Positions 39,440 to 48,330 of a stretch of DNA of 64,000 bases are shown here, in pieces. The first letter of the stretch is position 1. Each line of letters begins with the position of its first letter. A model generated the notes under the pieces. It was not told the origin of the DNA. It ran no database searches and worked only from the letters and a program-made list of their open reading frames with translations. The DNA comes from an uncultured Gammaproteobacteria bacterium (GTDB lineage: Bacteria; Pseudomonadota; Gammaproteobacteria; Steroidobacterales; Steroidobacteraceae). Made by a program: the position numbers and the translations under genes. The stretch lies in the NCBI GenBank assembly GCA_963804465.1, contig CAWDQL010000011.1, positions 3,884 to 67,883 of the forward strand, read 5' to 3'.

Positions 39440-40339
39440 TCACATTGATGTTCTAAGCAATCTGCCGCCTTCGGCCTCCTCAACGTCGAGCGATAGGCAC
39501 CCGCAAGTACCTTTAGCATTGACCGGGTTGTTGAAGACGAAATTGACCGCCGCATCTGCTCGCAGCAACTCGTCAATCGGCGCTGGGCCCTGCAAGAGAA
39601 ATCCCTGTGCGTAGTCCACGCCGAGCTCGCGCAACCGCTGCAGGATTTCCGGCTGATCGACGAATTTGGCTACCGTCTTCACGCCGATTCTCCTGGCGAC
39701 TTCAACAAAGCGGTGAACCGCGGCTTCGTCGAGCGAATCCCTCAGCAGATGACGGATGAATTGGCCATCAATCTTCAGGTAGTCGACCTTCAACGTCTTC
39801 AGATGGCCGCAGGATGAGATGTCGGCGCCAAAATCGTCGAGCGCGACCTTCACGCCCGCCGCACGCACCTTCTGAATGAAGATAGTTGCGTCGGCGAGAT
39901 TAGTCACCACTGCGGTTTCGGTGATCTCAAAGCACAGCTTCGCGCAGACCTGTGGTCCGATCTCGGCCAGAATATCGATCGCCCAGGCATGGAAGGCGCG
40001 ATCGCTCACGGACTGTCCGGACAGATTCACGCTCAGTGAGTCGATCATATCGAGTGACGGCAAGGCTTTCATCCACGCGCAGGCTTGTTTGACAACCCAC
40101 CGATCGATGCGCGACACGAGGTGGAAGCGCTCGGCCACACCGGGAAGGCCGACGTCGGCCTTTATCGAAACGCGATCGGCATCGACCAGACTGATAAGGG
40201 AGATCGGAACATGGCATACGCTCGACGCCACCCGGGCTAAGGCGTCAAACGCTGCCTCCGGTGCGCTGTCGAGCACTTCCAATGCCCTGAGGCCATCGAG
40301 GGATTCCGCCTCGTTCTCGCGATTCGGCGTGCGTTGCAT
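39440..40339 (-). CDS. Degenerate EAL-domain protein: GAF N-terminal fragment joined to the C-terminal two-thirds of an EAL domain
   Basis: LEVLDSAPEAAFDALARVASSVCHVPISLISLVDADRVSIKADVGL is GAF-like. It joins directly to AERFHLVSRIDRWVVKQAC...EITE...DDFGADISSCGHLKTLKVDYLKIDGQFI...AKFVDQPE...GVDYAQGF. The EALxR motif region and any GGDEF domain are absent. Confidence 0.65.
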   Translation of the reverse strand: MQRTPNRENEAESLDGLRALEVLDSAPEAAFDALARVASSVCHVPISLISLVDADRVSIKADVGLPGVAERFHLVSRIDRWVVKQACAWMKALPSLDMIDSLSVNLSGQSVSDRAFHAWAIDILAEIGPQVCAKLCFEITETAVVTNLADATIFIQKVRAAGVKVALDDFGADISSCGHLKTLKVDYLKIDGQFIRHLLRDSLDEAAVHRFVEVARRIGVKTVAKFVDQPEILQRLRELGVDYAQGFLLQGPAPIDELLRADAAVNFVFNNPVNAKGTCGCLSLDVEEAEGGRLLRTSM

Positions 40340-40540
40340 CTCCAAAACGACTCCCGTCTTGCACAATGCGCGGCCTGCGCGCCAGGTGGACCACAAACCG
40401 GTCAGCGGAAGCACAGCCTTCACGCGGGCGGCGGTGCTGTGCGCATGCCTCAGTCCCGCGGCGGGTTGCTCGATGCATTCAGCGCGGCAAGCAGCGCCGC
40501 GCATGATGCGCGCAGGCGCCGCGCGACGGCACACACCGCA

Positions 40541-41275
40541 TCAGATCTGCGCCGTACCACCGTCGACGAACAGCTCGATTCCGGTAATGAAACTGGAGTC
40601 CTCCGATGCGAGGAACAGCGCCGTGCTCGCGATCTCCTCCGGCTGTCCGATCCGGCCCATTGGCACGAGAGACACGAACGCGTTCTTCATTTCCTGCGGA
40701 ACACCCGCGAACACACCCGTCTCGATCGGTCCGGGGCTGATGACATTCACCCGAATCTTTCGAGACCTGAGGTCATTAGTCCAGGAGCGGGCGAATGAGC
40801 GCACAGCGGCCTTGCTGGCGTTGTAAAGGCTCATTCCCTCGAAGCCTTTCACGCCCGCGATGGAGCCAGTCATGATGATCGATGCGCCGTCCCGCAGGAG
40901 CGGGAGTGCCTTTTGCACGGTGAACAGCGTGCCGCGTACGTTGAGGTCGAATGTCTTAGCGAAACTCTCCTCTGTTATCTTTGCGAGCGGAATGTTGAAT
41001 TCGCCCAGGCCTGCGCTGGCGTAGAGCACGTCGATATGACCCTTCTGGTCCTTGACCGTGCGGTAGAGCCGATCGATGTCAGGAAGTTTGCTTGCGTCTC
41101 CCTGAACACCCGTGACGTTGCGGCCAATTGCCGCGACGGCTGAATCAAGTTCCTTCTGCCGACGACCCGTGATGAAGACGTACGCGCCTTCGGCGACGAA
41201 GCGCTTCGCAGTCGCCAATGCCATTCCTGAGGTAGCGCCCGTGATTACTGCAACTTTGCCTTGAAGCTTGCCCAT
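40541..41275 (-). CDS. SDR-family oxidoreductase
   Basis: Start at the ATG at 41275. VITGATSGMALATA and YNASKAAVRSF. Divergent from the LysR gene. Confidence 0.9.
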   Translation of the reverse strand: MGKLQGKVAVITGATSGMALATAKRFVAEGAYVFITGRRQKELDSAVAAIGRNVTGVQGDASKLPDIDRLYRTVKDQKGHIDVLYASAGLGEFNIPLAKITEESFAKTFDLNVRGTLFTVQKALPLLRDGASIIMTGSIAGVKGFEGMSLYNASKAAVRSFARSWTNDLRSRKIRVNVISPGPIETGVFAGVPQEMKNAFVSLVPMGRIGQPEEIASTALFLASEDSSFITGIELFVDGGTAQI

Positions 41276-41453
41276 GAGGATTCTCCCGCTGCGTTCTGTG
41301 GCCCGTGGATCACCACGGGTGAGAGTGTGAGACGCTTGCGGGGTGCTGATAAGTGGGTCTAAATTGATATAATTCATACGGTGGACGTATGAATTGGGAT
41401 GGTGCGCCCGTCTGCGGGCCCGGCCGCGTCAAGCCTCAACGACAGGAGATACC

Positions 41454-42389
41454 ATGGATCGCCTCGCCTTGATGACGTCGTTCGTCCGCGCGGTGGAGAC
41501 CGGGAGCTTTTCAGCCGTGGCGCGAGAGCTGGGGACCACCCAGCCCAATATCAGTCGCCACATCGCCTCGCTCGAGCAGCATCTCGGCACCCGGTTGCTG
41601 CATCGCTCGACGCGCAAGTTGACTCCGACCCCCGAAGGCGAGCGCTACTACGCTGATACCCGTCGCGTGCTCGATGCGATCGCCGAAGCGGAGTCCAACG
41701 TTCGCGGCCAGGAGATACCCAGCGGCGTGCTGCGTGTAGCTTGTCCGACGCTTCTCGGACGCTCGTACCTGCTGCCTCGCGTGAAGACCTTTCTGAATCG
41801 TTACCCTGAGGTGGAGCTGGATCTGCAGATCGGCGACCGCTTTATCGATCTGATCGAAGAGGGCGTGGACGTAGCCATTCGCATTGGCGCACTCAAGGAC
41901 AGTGCGCTCAAGGCGCGCCGCATCGGGATGGGCGAGCGCGTGTGCGTCGCTGCCCCGGACTATCTAGCGCGACACGGGGCGCCAAAGGTGCCGACCGACC
42001 TAAAGAGGCATGACTGCATCCTCTACACATTGTTGTCGTCTGGTCATGTCTGGCCATTCAAGGATCGTGACGTCGCCGTGCACGGTCGCTTCAGAGTCAA
42101 CACCCCGGATGGGATACTCGCTGCAACCTTGGACGGGCTCGGAATTGCCTACTCGCCGGTGTGGTTGTTTGAAGACGCGCTGCTGGATGGTCGAGTGCAA
42201 CTGCTTCTGGAGGACTATCCAGGACCACCGACTCCGATCCAGATGATCTACCCCGAGCGGCGGCTCCTGCCTCAGCGAGCGAAGGTGTTCATGGATTTTG
42301 TTGCGGAAGAATTCGCCCACGAGCCGGCGCTGAACGAGGGGGCAGTTGCCCAACTGAGAAGCCGCAGGCGGCGCCCCAACAAGCGCTGA
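41454..42389 (+). CDS. LysR-family transcriptional regulator
   Basis: Start at the ATG at 41454. FSAVARELGTTQPNISRHIASLEQHLGTRLLHRSTRK HTH plus a LysR substrate-binding domain. Confidence 0.9.
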   Translation: MDRLALMTSFVRAVETGSFSAVARELGTTQPNISRHIASLEQHLGTRLLHRSTRKLTPTPEGERYYADTRRVLDAIAEAESNVRGQEIPSGVLRVACPTLLGRSYLLPRVKTFLNRYPEVELDLQIGDRFIDLIEEGVDVAIRIGALKDSALKARRIGMGERVCVAAPDYLARHGAPKVPTDLKRHDCILYTLLSSGHVWPFKDRDVAVHGRFRVNTPDGILAATLDGLGIAYSPVWLFEDALLDGRVQLLLEDYPGPPTPIQMIYPERRLLPQRAKVFMDFVAEEFAHEPALNEGAVAQLRSRRRRPNKR

Positions 42390-42469
42390 CTACAAAGATG
42401 TCGCGCAGACGGCGATTTCGGACGTCCGACGCTAAGCCTGGCCGCCTTAACGCCTTTATGGCCGATTCG

Positions 42470-42527
42470 GGCTGCGAAGTCGGAACGCACGAGGAGTACG
42501 ACAAGATCGACGCGGAGACAGTGTGAT
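42470..42527 (+). pseudogene. Last ~15 codons of a HigB-family toxin gene
   Basis: Hand translation gives ...GCEVGTHEEYDKIDAETV*, matching the conserved HigB_toxin C-terminus (..FVGTHAEYDKID..). The stop overlaps the antitoxin start (GTGTGATGA). The upstream sequence shows no HigB similarity. Confidence 0.45.
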
Positions 42528-42900
42528 GAAAGCCACCTTGTTCGTCATTGAAAATGACAGAGATCACGCCGAGGCGAAGGCGTTGATCAAGACGCTCATC
42601 GGATCCGAGGATGCCGCGGATCAGGCGCGCATGACAGCTCAGGCACGTCTGATCGAGGCCTACAAGCGCGCCCGCTGGCCGCGGCGCACGCCGTCGCTGC
42701 CGGACCTCCTTACCTACTTAATGGAGCAGCACGGTCTTCGCGGGCTGATTTGGTACCACTTCTGAGGACGCCCAGCCGGTCTTCTGAACTCAACAGCGTG
42801 TCTCCAGATGGCGGCCATAGGACCACTGGGCCTGTTGCTATCCGGTCACTTCTGATTGTTCGATGTCTGAAATGTGACAGTGACCGAGGCCTTCTTATCA
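42523..42900 (+). pseudogene. HigA-type (XRE HTH) antitoxin gene with multiple frameshifts
   Basis: ORF 42523..42765 reads KATLFVIENDRDHAEAKALIKTLIGS...RLIEAYKRARWP...LLTYLMEQHGLR. The expected continuation ADLVPLL..PSRSSE.. is in the next frame (ORF 42750..), and a further shift follows (..LQMAAIGPLGL..). Confidence 0.55.
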
Positions 42901-43109
42901 GCGAAGGATTTTCGAAGGAATTTGCAGAGTTACAGCGCAATCCAATACTGGCCGGCTGCGCTTTGCACAAACCCGCACGGCGACCCAAGCTCCCCAGCTA
43001 GCGTGAAATGCCGCGCGTGCCACCTTTGACATCTGACGGTGCAGGGCGTATTTATTTCTTCGGTCGGGAACGCTAGAACAAGACTAAACAGTATCCGCGG
43101 GAGACTCAG

Positions 43110-44546
43110 ATGACCTCACGCGAGTTAAGCTTTGAGTTTTTTGCCGCTGTGAGGCTGTTACGACTTGGCTCCCTGGCCACGTTGGTCCTCGGCGGATCGG
43201 CGCTGATGCTCGTTTCAATGCCGGCACAAGCCGTCCCACCTTTCGCCCGGCAGACGGGTTTGGCCTGCGAGGCCTGCCATACAGTACCCCCGGAGCTGAC
43301 GGCATTCGGCCGGCGCTTCAAGCTCAACGGATACACCCTGACCACGAGACCACCGCTGGTCCAGGACGTCGACGACTACAAGCGGAACACGGTATGGCTC
43401 TCCGATCTGCCGGGACTCGGCATCCTGTTGCAGGCCACCTACAACCATTACGACCGGGCGCCACCCGATAGCCAGGTGCCTGGCGCCACTGCGCAGAGCG
43501 AGAATCTCGAGTTTCCACAGCAATGGAGCATCATCGCCGCCGGGGCGGTCACCGACCACGTCGGTGGCTTTCTGCAGATGACCTATACGCAGCCCAGCGG
43601 GACGTTCGGCGTCGATAACACCGAGATCAGATATTCGGACCACACGGATAACAATGATTGGGTCTGGGGCTTGCTGGCCAACAACAATCCGGGCAACCAG
43701 GATGTATGGAACTCGGTTGGGGCGTATCCCACCCTCGACTTCTCCAACCAGTCGCTCTGGAGTTCGGGAGGAATCGCCGGCGCCGCCCTGTCTGGGCCGT
43801 TCTTTGAGGGCCTTGGGGGGTTGGTAGCCGGTCCGACCGCCTACGTCTGGTACAAGGATTCGTTTTATCTTGGACTGTCCGAGTATCACGCCGCCGTGTC
43901 CGGCAGTGTGAGCACCACGCTCGACAGCAGCAACCTCGCCGTGGGCGGCGGCGTCGTCCAGAATTGGGCCCCGTATTGGCGCGCCGCCTATGAGCACGAC
44001 TGGGGCTACAACGCGATATCGGTTGGCACCAGCGGCATGTACACCAAGTTCACGCCGAGCCTCATCGCGGGCCAGACAGTCGACCCCGGATTCATCAACC
44101 GCTATCTGGATGTGAGCGTTGACACGCAGTACCAATACAACGGTCAACACAACAATGTCTCGTTCCTCGCCCGCTACACCCATGAGACCCAGGAGAACGA
44201 CCCCGGGCTGGTGCCGACCTATTTCAGCAACTCGGTCGATCATCTCGACGCATGGAACGTGACGGCAACGTATTACTACAACCGTCACTATGGCGGCCTG
44301 ATCAACTTCGCTCGCACCACCGGTACTTCCGATGCCACCTTCTATGGAGGTAGTGGCTCACCGGGCAACCAGTACGAGGTGTTCGAGCTCGACTGGCTGC
44401 CCTGGTTCAACTTCAGGTTCATGCTGCAGTACAACGTTTACCAGGTCGTCAACAACAACCAGAACCCGTTCATTCTCTTGCAGGCAAGCCATCCCAAGGC
44501 ATCGGACAACAACACGTGGGATTTGGGCCTATGGATGGACTTCTGA
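43110..44546 (+). CDS. Cyc2-like fused monohaem cytochrome-porin (outer membrane)
   Basis: 478 aa. Signal peptide ends AQA|VPPF. PPFARQTGLACEACHT carries the CXXCH directly after the cleavage site, then FGRRFKLNGYTL. About 420 aa of alternating-polarity strands follow, rich in Y/W/G/N, and the C-terminal residue is Phe (LGLWMDF), as in OM beta-barrels. Confidence 0.6.
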   Translation: MTSRELSFEFFAAVRLLRLGSLATLVLGGSALMLVSMPAQAVPPFARQTGLACEACHTVPPELTAFGRRFKLNGYTLTTRPPLVQDVDDYKRNTVWLSDLPGLGILLQATYNHYDRAPPDSQVPGATAQSENLEFPQQWSIIAAGAVTDHVGGFLQMTYTQPSGTFGVDNTEIRYSDHTDNNDWVWGLLANNNPGNQDVWNSVGAYPTLDFSNQSLWSSGGIAGAALSGPFFEGLGGLVAGPTAYVWYKDSFYLGLSEYHAAVSGSVSTTLDSSNLAVGGGVVQNWAPYWRAAYEHDWGYNAISVGTSGMYTKFTPSLIAGQTVDPGFINRYLDVSVDTQYQYNGQHNNVSFLARYTHETQENDPGLVPTYFSNSVDHLDAWNVTATYYYNRHYGGLINFARTTGTSDATFYGGSGSPGNQYEVFELDWLPWFNFRFMLQYNVYQVVNNNQNPFILLQASHPKASDNNTWDLGLWMDF

Positions 44547-45214
44547 TGAAAACCCTGACAAGTAATGTGGTCATGGTCGCCGCGATCGCACTCACGGCCA
44601 CAACCGTTCGTGATGCACCTGCGGCGCCGCTGCCGCCTGTAGGCGGCACGACGAGCGTCGTGCCGCCTGATGCCTCGACTTTGGACGCTCGGGCGCTGGT
44701 GAGCATGGCCTGCTCCAAGTGCCATGGCGCTAACGGAGTCAGCATCTCGCCGCTCTTTCCTATTCTGGCCGCACAGCGACCGGGCTACATCGAGATGGAG
44801 TTACAGCTATTTCGGCAGCGTGAGCGCAGCGATCCCCACGCGCGCGCCTTCATGTGGGGGATAGCGCGAGCTCTTACTGACGAGCAAATCGAGGGGCTCG
44901 CGCAGTACTTCTCGAGCCAACCACCCGCGAGCGGCACGCCGTCGCGCGACCCAGCCTTGGCCGAGAAGGGCAAGAGGATCTATGAAAACGGGGTGCCGGA
45001 GCGTGACATTCTCGCTTGCCTTCCCTGCCACGGTCCCAACGCCGAGGGAGTGCGCACATTTCCACGGCTGGCCGGCCAGCATCGAGACTATCTTGCGCGA
45101 GAACTGCACGAGTTCACCGGTCAGCTGCGCGAAAGCGAAGTCATGCATCGCTTCACTCAAAACCTCACCGCGGGTGAGATCGCCGCAGTGACCGAGTATC
45201 TTGCCTCCAAGTAG
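44546..45214 (+). CDS. Periplasmic dihaem cytochrome c4-type protein
   Basis: The ATG at 44546 overlaps the preceding stop. Signal peptide, then two CXXCH motifs (CSKCHGANG, CLPCHGPNAEG) in two ~90-aa repeats. Confidence 0.8.
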   Translation: MKTLTSNVVMVAAIALTATTVRDAPAAPLPPVGGTTSVVPPDASTLDARALVSMACSKCHGANGVSISPLFPILAAQRPGYIEMELQLFRQRERSDPHARAFMWGIARALTDEQIEGLAQYFSSQPPASGTPSRDPALAEKGKRIYENGVPERDILACLPCHGPNAEGVRTFPRLAGQHRDYLARELHEFTGQLRESEVMHRFTQNLTAGEIAAVTEYLASK

Positions 45215-45219
45215 ATCCT

Positions 45220-46008
45220 GTGTCGGAGAGGGAAGCGATGAATAGCCGAACAAGCGGAGGAATGCAGTGCTCGCGCCGGTCGTTTTGGCTGCCTGCGGGA
45301 TTGGCGGTGCTCGGGATCGCCGGTTCATTGGCGGCGCTGCCCGCATCAGCCGACTACCAGGTGGTCGCCGTCACTAACGGCGGCACCATCGACGGTGTGG
45401 TTACGCTCTCAGGCGCCGCGCCCGCCATGCCGCCGATCAAGGTCGACAAAAATCCGGATTACTGCGGAGCGAGTATTCCCGATCCGACGTACACGGTCGG
45501 TTCTTCCGGCGGGTTGGCGAACGTGATTGTCTATCTCAAGGACATCACCAAGGGCAAGGCTGCGCCCAGCGAACCGCTGGCGTTGGTCAACAACCATTGC
45601 ATGTTCTCGCCGCGAGCGCAGGGAGCGATGGTCGGGGAACAGATCAAGGTCTCCTCGGACGACCCGGTTCTGCATAACACCCATCTGCGATTCGGCCAAA
45701 ACAATGCGACGATTTTCAACATCGCGCTGCCTTTCAAGGGATTCTCCGTGACCAAGCCGCTGCCGGAGCGTCCGGGGCTGATCGATGTCAAGTGCGACGT
45801 ACACGAGTGGATGCGCGCGTGGATCATGGAACTCGACAATCCCTACTACGCGACGAGTGATGCTGACGGTCATTTCACCATCAAGGATGTGCCTGCGGGC
45901 AGCTACACGCTGGAGATCTGGCATGAGGCCGCAGGTGAGAAATCCCAGCCGGTGGTGGTCGCGGCCGGCAAAACCACCAAGTTGAAGATCACGGTAGCGG
46001 CAAAATGA
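45220..46008 (+). CDS. Tat-exported cupredoxin-like protein with CarboxypepD_reg-like beta-sandwich
   Basis: Twin-Arg signal CSRRSFWLPAGLAVLGIAGSLAALPASA. Candidate type-1 Cu ligands are H in DDPVLHNTHL and C-x2-H-x2-M in VKCDVHEWM (amicyanin-like spacing). The C-terminal DADGHFTIKDVPAGSYTLEIWHE is CarboxypepD_reg-like. Confidence 0.55.
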   Translation: MSEREAMNSRTSGGMQCSRRSFWLPAGLAVLGIAGSLAALPASADYQVVAVTNGGTIDGVVTLSGAAPAMPPIKVDKNPDYCGASIPDPTYTVGSSGGLANVIVYLKDITKGKAAPSEPLALVNNHCMFSPRAQGAMVGEQIKVSSDDPVLHNTHLRFGQNNATIFNIALPFKGFSVTKPLPERPGLIDVKCDVHEWMRAWIMELDNPYYATSDADGHFTIKDVPAGSYTLEIWHEAAGEKSQPVVVAAGKTTKLKITVAAK

Positions 46009-46072
46009 GCCAACTTCATCTCCGGGAGTTGCCCTGGCGGGTAAGGGATCGGCCTCATCGCGAGAGGTACAT

Positions 46073-46825
46073 ATGTTAGTTCGCGTCGCCCAATTGGTTC
46101 CGATGGTCGCGGGTCTGTTGCTTGCAGTTGGCACCGCCGGGGCGGACACCGGGGACGCTCGCAACGGCAAGGCGGTGTACGAACGTTGGTGCATCGGGTG
46201 TCACGGCGCGGAAGGCAACGGCCAAGGCGAGTCCGCCCAGTACATGAGCCCCAAGCCGCGAGACTATCGCGAAGGTACCTTTAAATGGCGCTCCACGCCG
46301 TCCGGCTCGCTGCCGCTCGACTCCGACCTCGAACACACCCTGCTGAACGGGGTCTACGGCACGTACATGCCGAGCTGGCGCTTCCTCGGTGAGCGGGAGC
46401 GTGAGGACGCAATCGCCTACATCAAGACCTTTGCGCCGCGATTCGCGAGTGAGCAACCCCAGAAACCGATCAGCATCCCGCCCAATCCGGGTTATGGCGA
46501 TGAGTCGGTCAAACGCGGAGCGGCGATCTACCAGAAGTACAACTGCGGACAGTGTCACGGCGCCGGCGGGCGCGGCGACGGGCCCTCCGCGCGGGGGCTC
46601 AAGGATGACTGGGGCAACGCCATCGTTCCGTACGACCTGACCAAGGGACACATCAAGTGCGGCGACGAGCCCACCGATATCTATCGAGTGTTCATGACTG
46701 GTTTATCAGGCACCCCCATGCCGTCGTTCGCCGACTCAATGAGCCCCGCGGACGCTTGGGATCTGGTGCACTTCATAGAGAGCTTGAGTCCGGAGTACCC
46801 GAAGAACGTGACCGCGGCTCGTTAA
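46073..46825 (+). CDS. Dihaem c-type cytochrome (paralogous to the C-terminal half of the CcoO fusion)
   Basis: Signal/anchor, then CIGCHGAEGNGQG and CGQCHGAGGRGDG. FKWRSTPSGSLPLDSDL parallels FKFRLTQGSLPTDGDL in ORF 48327..49934. Confidence 0.8.
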   Translation: MLVRVAQLVPMVAGLLLAVGTAGADTGDARNGKAVYERWCIGCHGAEGNGQGESAQYMSPKPRDYREGTFKWRSTPSGSLPLDSDLEHTLLNGVYGTYMPSWRFLGEREREDAIAYIKTFAPRFASEQPQKPISIPPNPGYGDESVKRGAAIYQKYNCGQCHGAGGRGDGPSARGLKDDWGNAIVPYDLTKGHIKCGDEPTDIYRVFMTGLSGTPMPSFADSMSPADAWDLVHFIESLSPEYPKNVTAAR

Positions 46826-46851
46826 AGACCCGACAGAACCAATAATCAGGG

Positions 46852-48330
46852 GTGAGCGCCATGCCAGAGGCGGGAACAGCAGCAGAGGCGTTGCACGGCC
46901 CATACGCGGGACTGGATCTGGATGCACTGGTCGATTGGCCGGTGGTGCGAGCCTGGCTGTACTGGGGCATGTTCTGGCTGATGGTCGCACCCACGGTGGG
47001 CGCGTTGCTCGCCGGGATGTTCGACTATCCCGAGTATCTCGGCACCAATCTGGCGCTGACCTTCGGGCGACTGCGCCCGGTGCATGTCAACGGCGTCATC
47101 ATGGGCGCATTCTCCGGCCTCTTTATCGGGGAATGCTATTACCTGGTGCCGCGTCTGTGCGGGGTGCGGGTCGCGTTCAATCGCTGGGGCGTCGTTTTCG
47201 CCTGGGTGTGGAACGTGTTCCTGGCGGCCGGACTGATCGCGATACCGCTCGGCTACAACCACGGGCTCGAGGCCGGCGAGCTGCCGCTGCTCGCGGAAAT
47301 TCCGATCTTTATCTGCACTGCCGTCGTCACTTTGCAGTTTCTGACGACGATCGGCCGGCGGCTGGATCCGGCGCTCTACGTGGCACTCTGGTACCTGATC
47401 GGTGCCTTCGTGTGGACGTCGCTGAATCTGGTATTGGGCAGTTTCATCCTGCCCTACACGATCGCGGGCATCAACAGTGCGGCGTTCCACGGACTCTATA
47501 TTCACTATATCGTCGGCCTGTGGATCACGCCGGCGGGTTACGTGTTGATCTACTATTTTCTCCCGCTCAGCGTGCGCAACCCGCTCTACGCTCACAAGCT
47601 CTCGCTGGTTGGGTTCTGGTCGCTCGCCTTGTTTTATCCCTTCGTCGGCATTCACCACTATCTCTACAGCCCGATCGCCGACTGGGCCGAGACGCTGGCG
47701 ATCATCACCTCGATGCTCCTGATCATTCCGGTGTGGACCGTGCTGGTGAACTTCTTCGGCACGGTGAACGGCCGCTGGCGCGAGTTCGGGGCGAATCTGC
47801 CGGCGAAATTCCTGATCATGGGCGCGATCATGTACTTCTTCGGCTGCTTTCAGGGCTCGCTCGAGGCGTTGCGCTCGATCCAGCAGCCAACCCATTTCAC
47901 GGACTTCGTGATTTCACATTCGCATCTCACGGTGTTCGGAACCTTCGTGGTGTGGGCGATGGGCGGATTGCTGTACATGTGGCCGCGCATGTGCGGGCGA
48001 GAACTGTGGTCGTTCAAACTCGGCAACTGGTCTTTTTGGCTGATCACGGTCGGCATCTCCACCATGGGTATTGTGCTGAGCGCCGCGGGTCTCCAGCAGG
48101 GCTTCCAGTGGATGAACGGCGCCGAGTGGGTGGACACGGTGGTGCAGATGCGGGCGTATTGGCTGGTACGCACCCTGGCGGGAATCTCGATGGATGTCGG
48201 GATGTCGCTCCTGGTCATCAATCTCATGATGACCGCTCTCAATAGGTCGGATAAGGCAATTGGCTTTAAGCCCGCCAGGCGTGAGCCAGACGGCTTGACT
48301 CCGGCTGCGGCCGGGGAGCTCGCCCGATGA
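46852..48330 (+). CDS. ccoN: cbb3-type (C-family) haem-copper oxidase catalytic subunit
   Basis: 492 aa, 12+ TM. RLRPVHVNG (haem b His), AAFHGLYIHY (helix-6 CuB His) and FYPFVGIHHYLY (Tyr six residues before the HH pair, i.e. the cbb3 cross-link Tyr plus CuB His pair). FVISHSHLTVFG is the HxH for haems b3/b. Confidence 0.9.
   Translation: MSAMPEAGTAAEALHGPYAGLDLDALVDWPVVRAWLYWGMFWLMVAPTVGALLAGMFDYPEYLGTNLALTFGRLRPVHVNGVIMGAFSGLFIGECYYLVPRLCGVRVAFNRWGVVFAWVWNVFLAAGLIAIPLGYNHGLEAGELPLLAEIPIFICTAVVTLQFLTTIGRRLDPALYVALWYLIGAFVWTSLNLVLGSFILPYTIAGINSAAFHGLYIHYIVGLWITPAGYVLIYYFLPLSVRNPLYAHKLSLVGFWSLALFYPFVGIHHYLYSPIADWAETLAIITSMLLIIPVWTVLVNFFGTVNGRWREFGANLPAKFLIMGAIMYFFGCFQGSLEALRSIQQPTHFTDFVISHSHLTVFGTFVVWAMGGLLYMWPRMCGRELWSFKLGNWSFWLITVGISTMGIVLSAAGLQQGFQWMNGAEWVDTVVQMRAYWLVRTLAGISMDVGMSLLVINLMMTALNRSDKAIGFKPARREPDGLTPAAAGELAR

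Noticed and set aside
43020-43109. Search for an FNR/Anr box (TTGAT-N4-ATCAA) upstream of the Cyc2/cbb3 cluster
   Set aside because: Only a single half-site-like TTGAC (in cctttgacatctgacgg) is present, with no palindromic partner.
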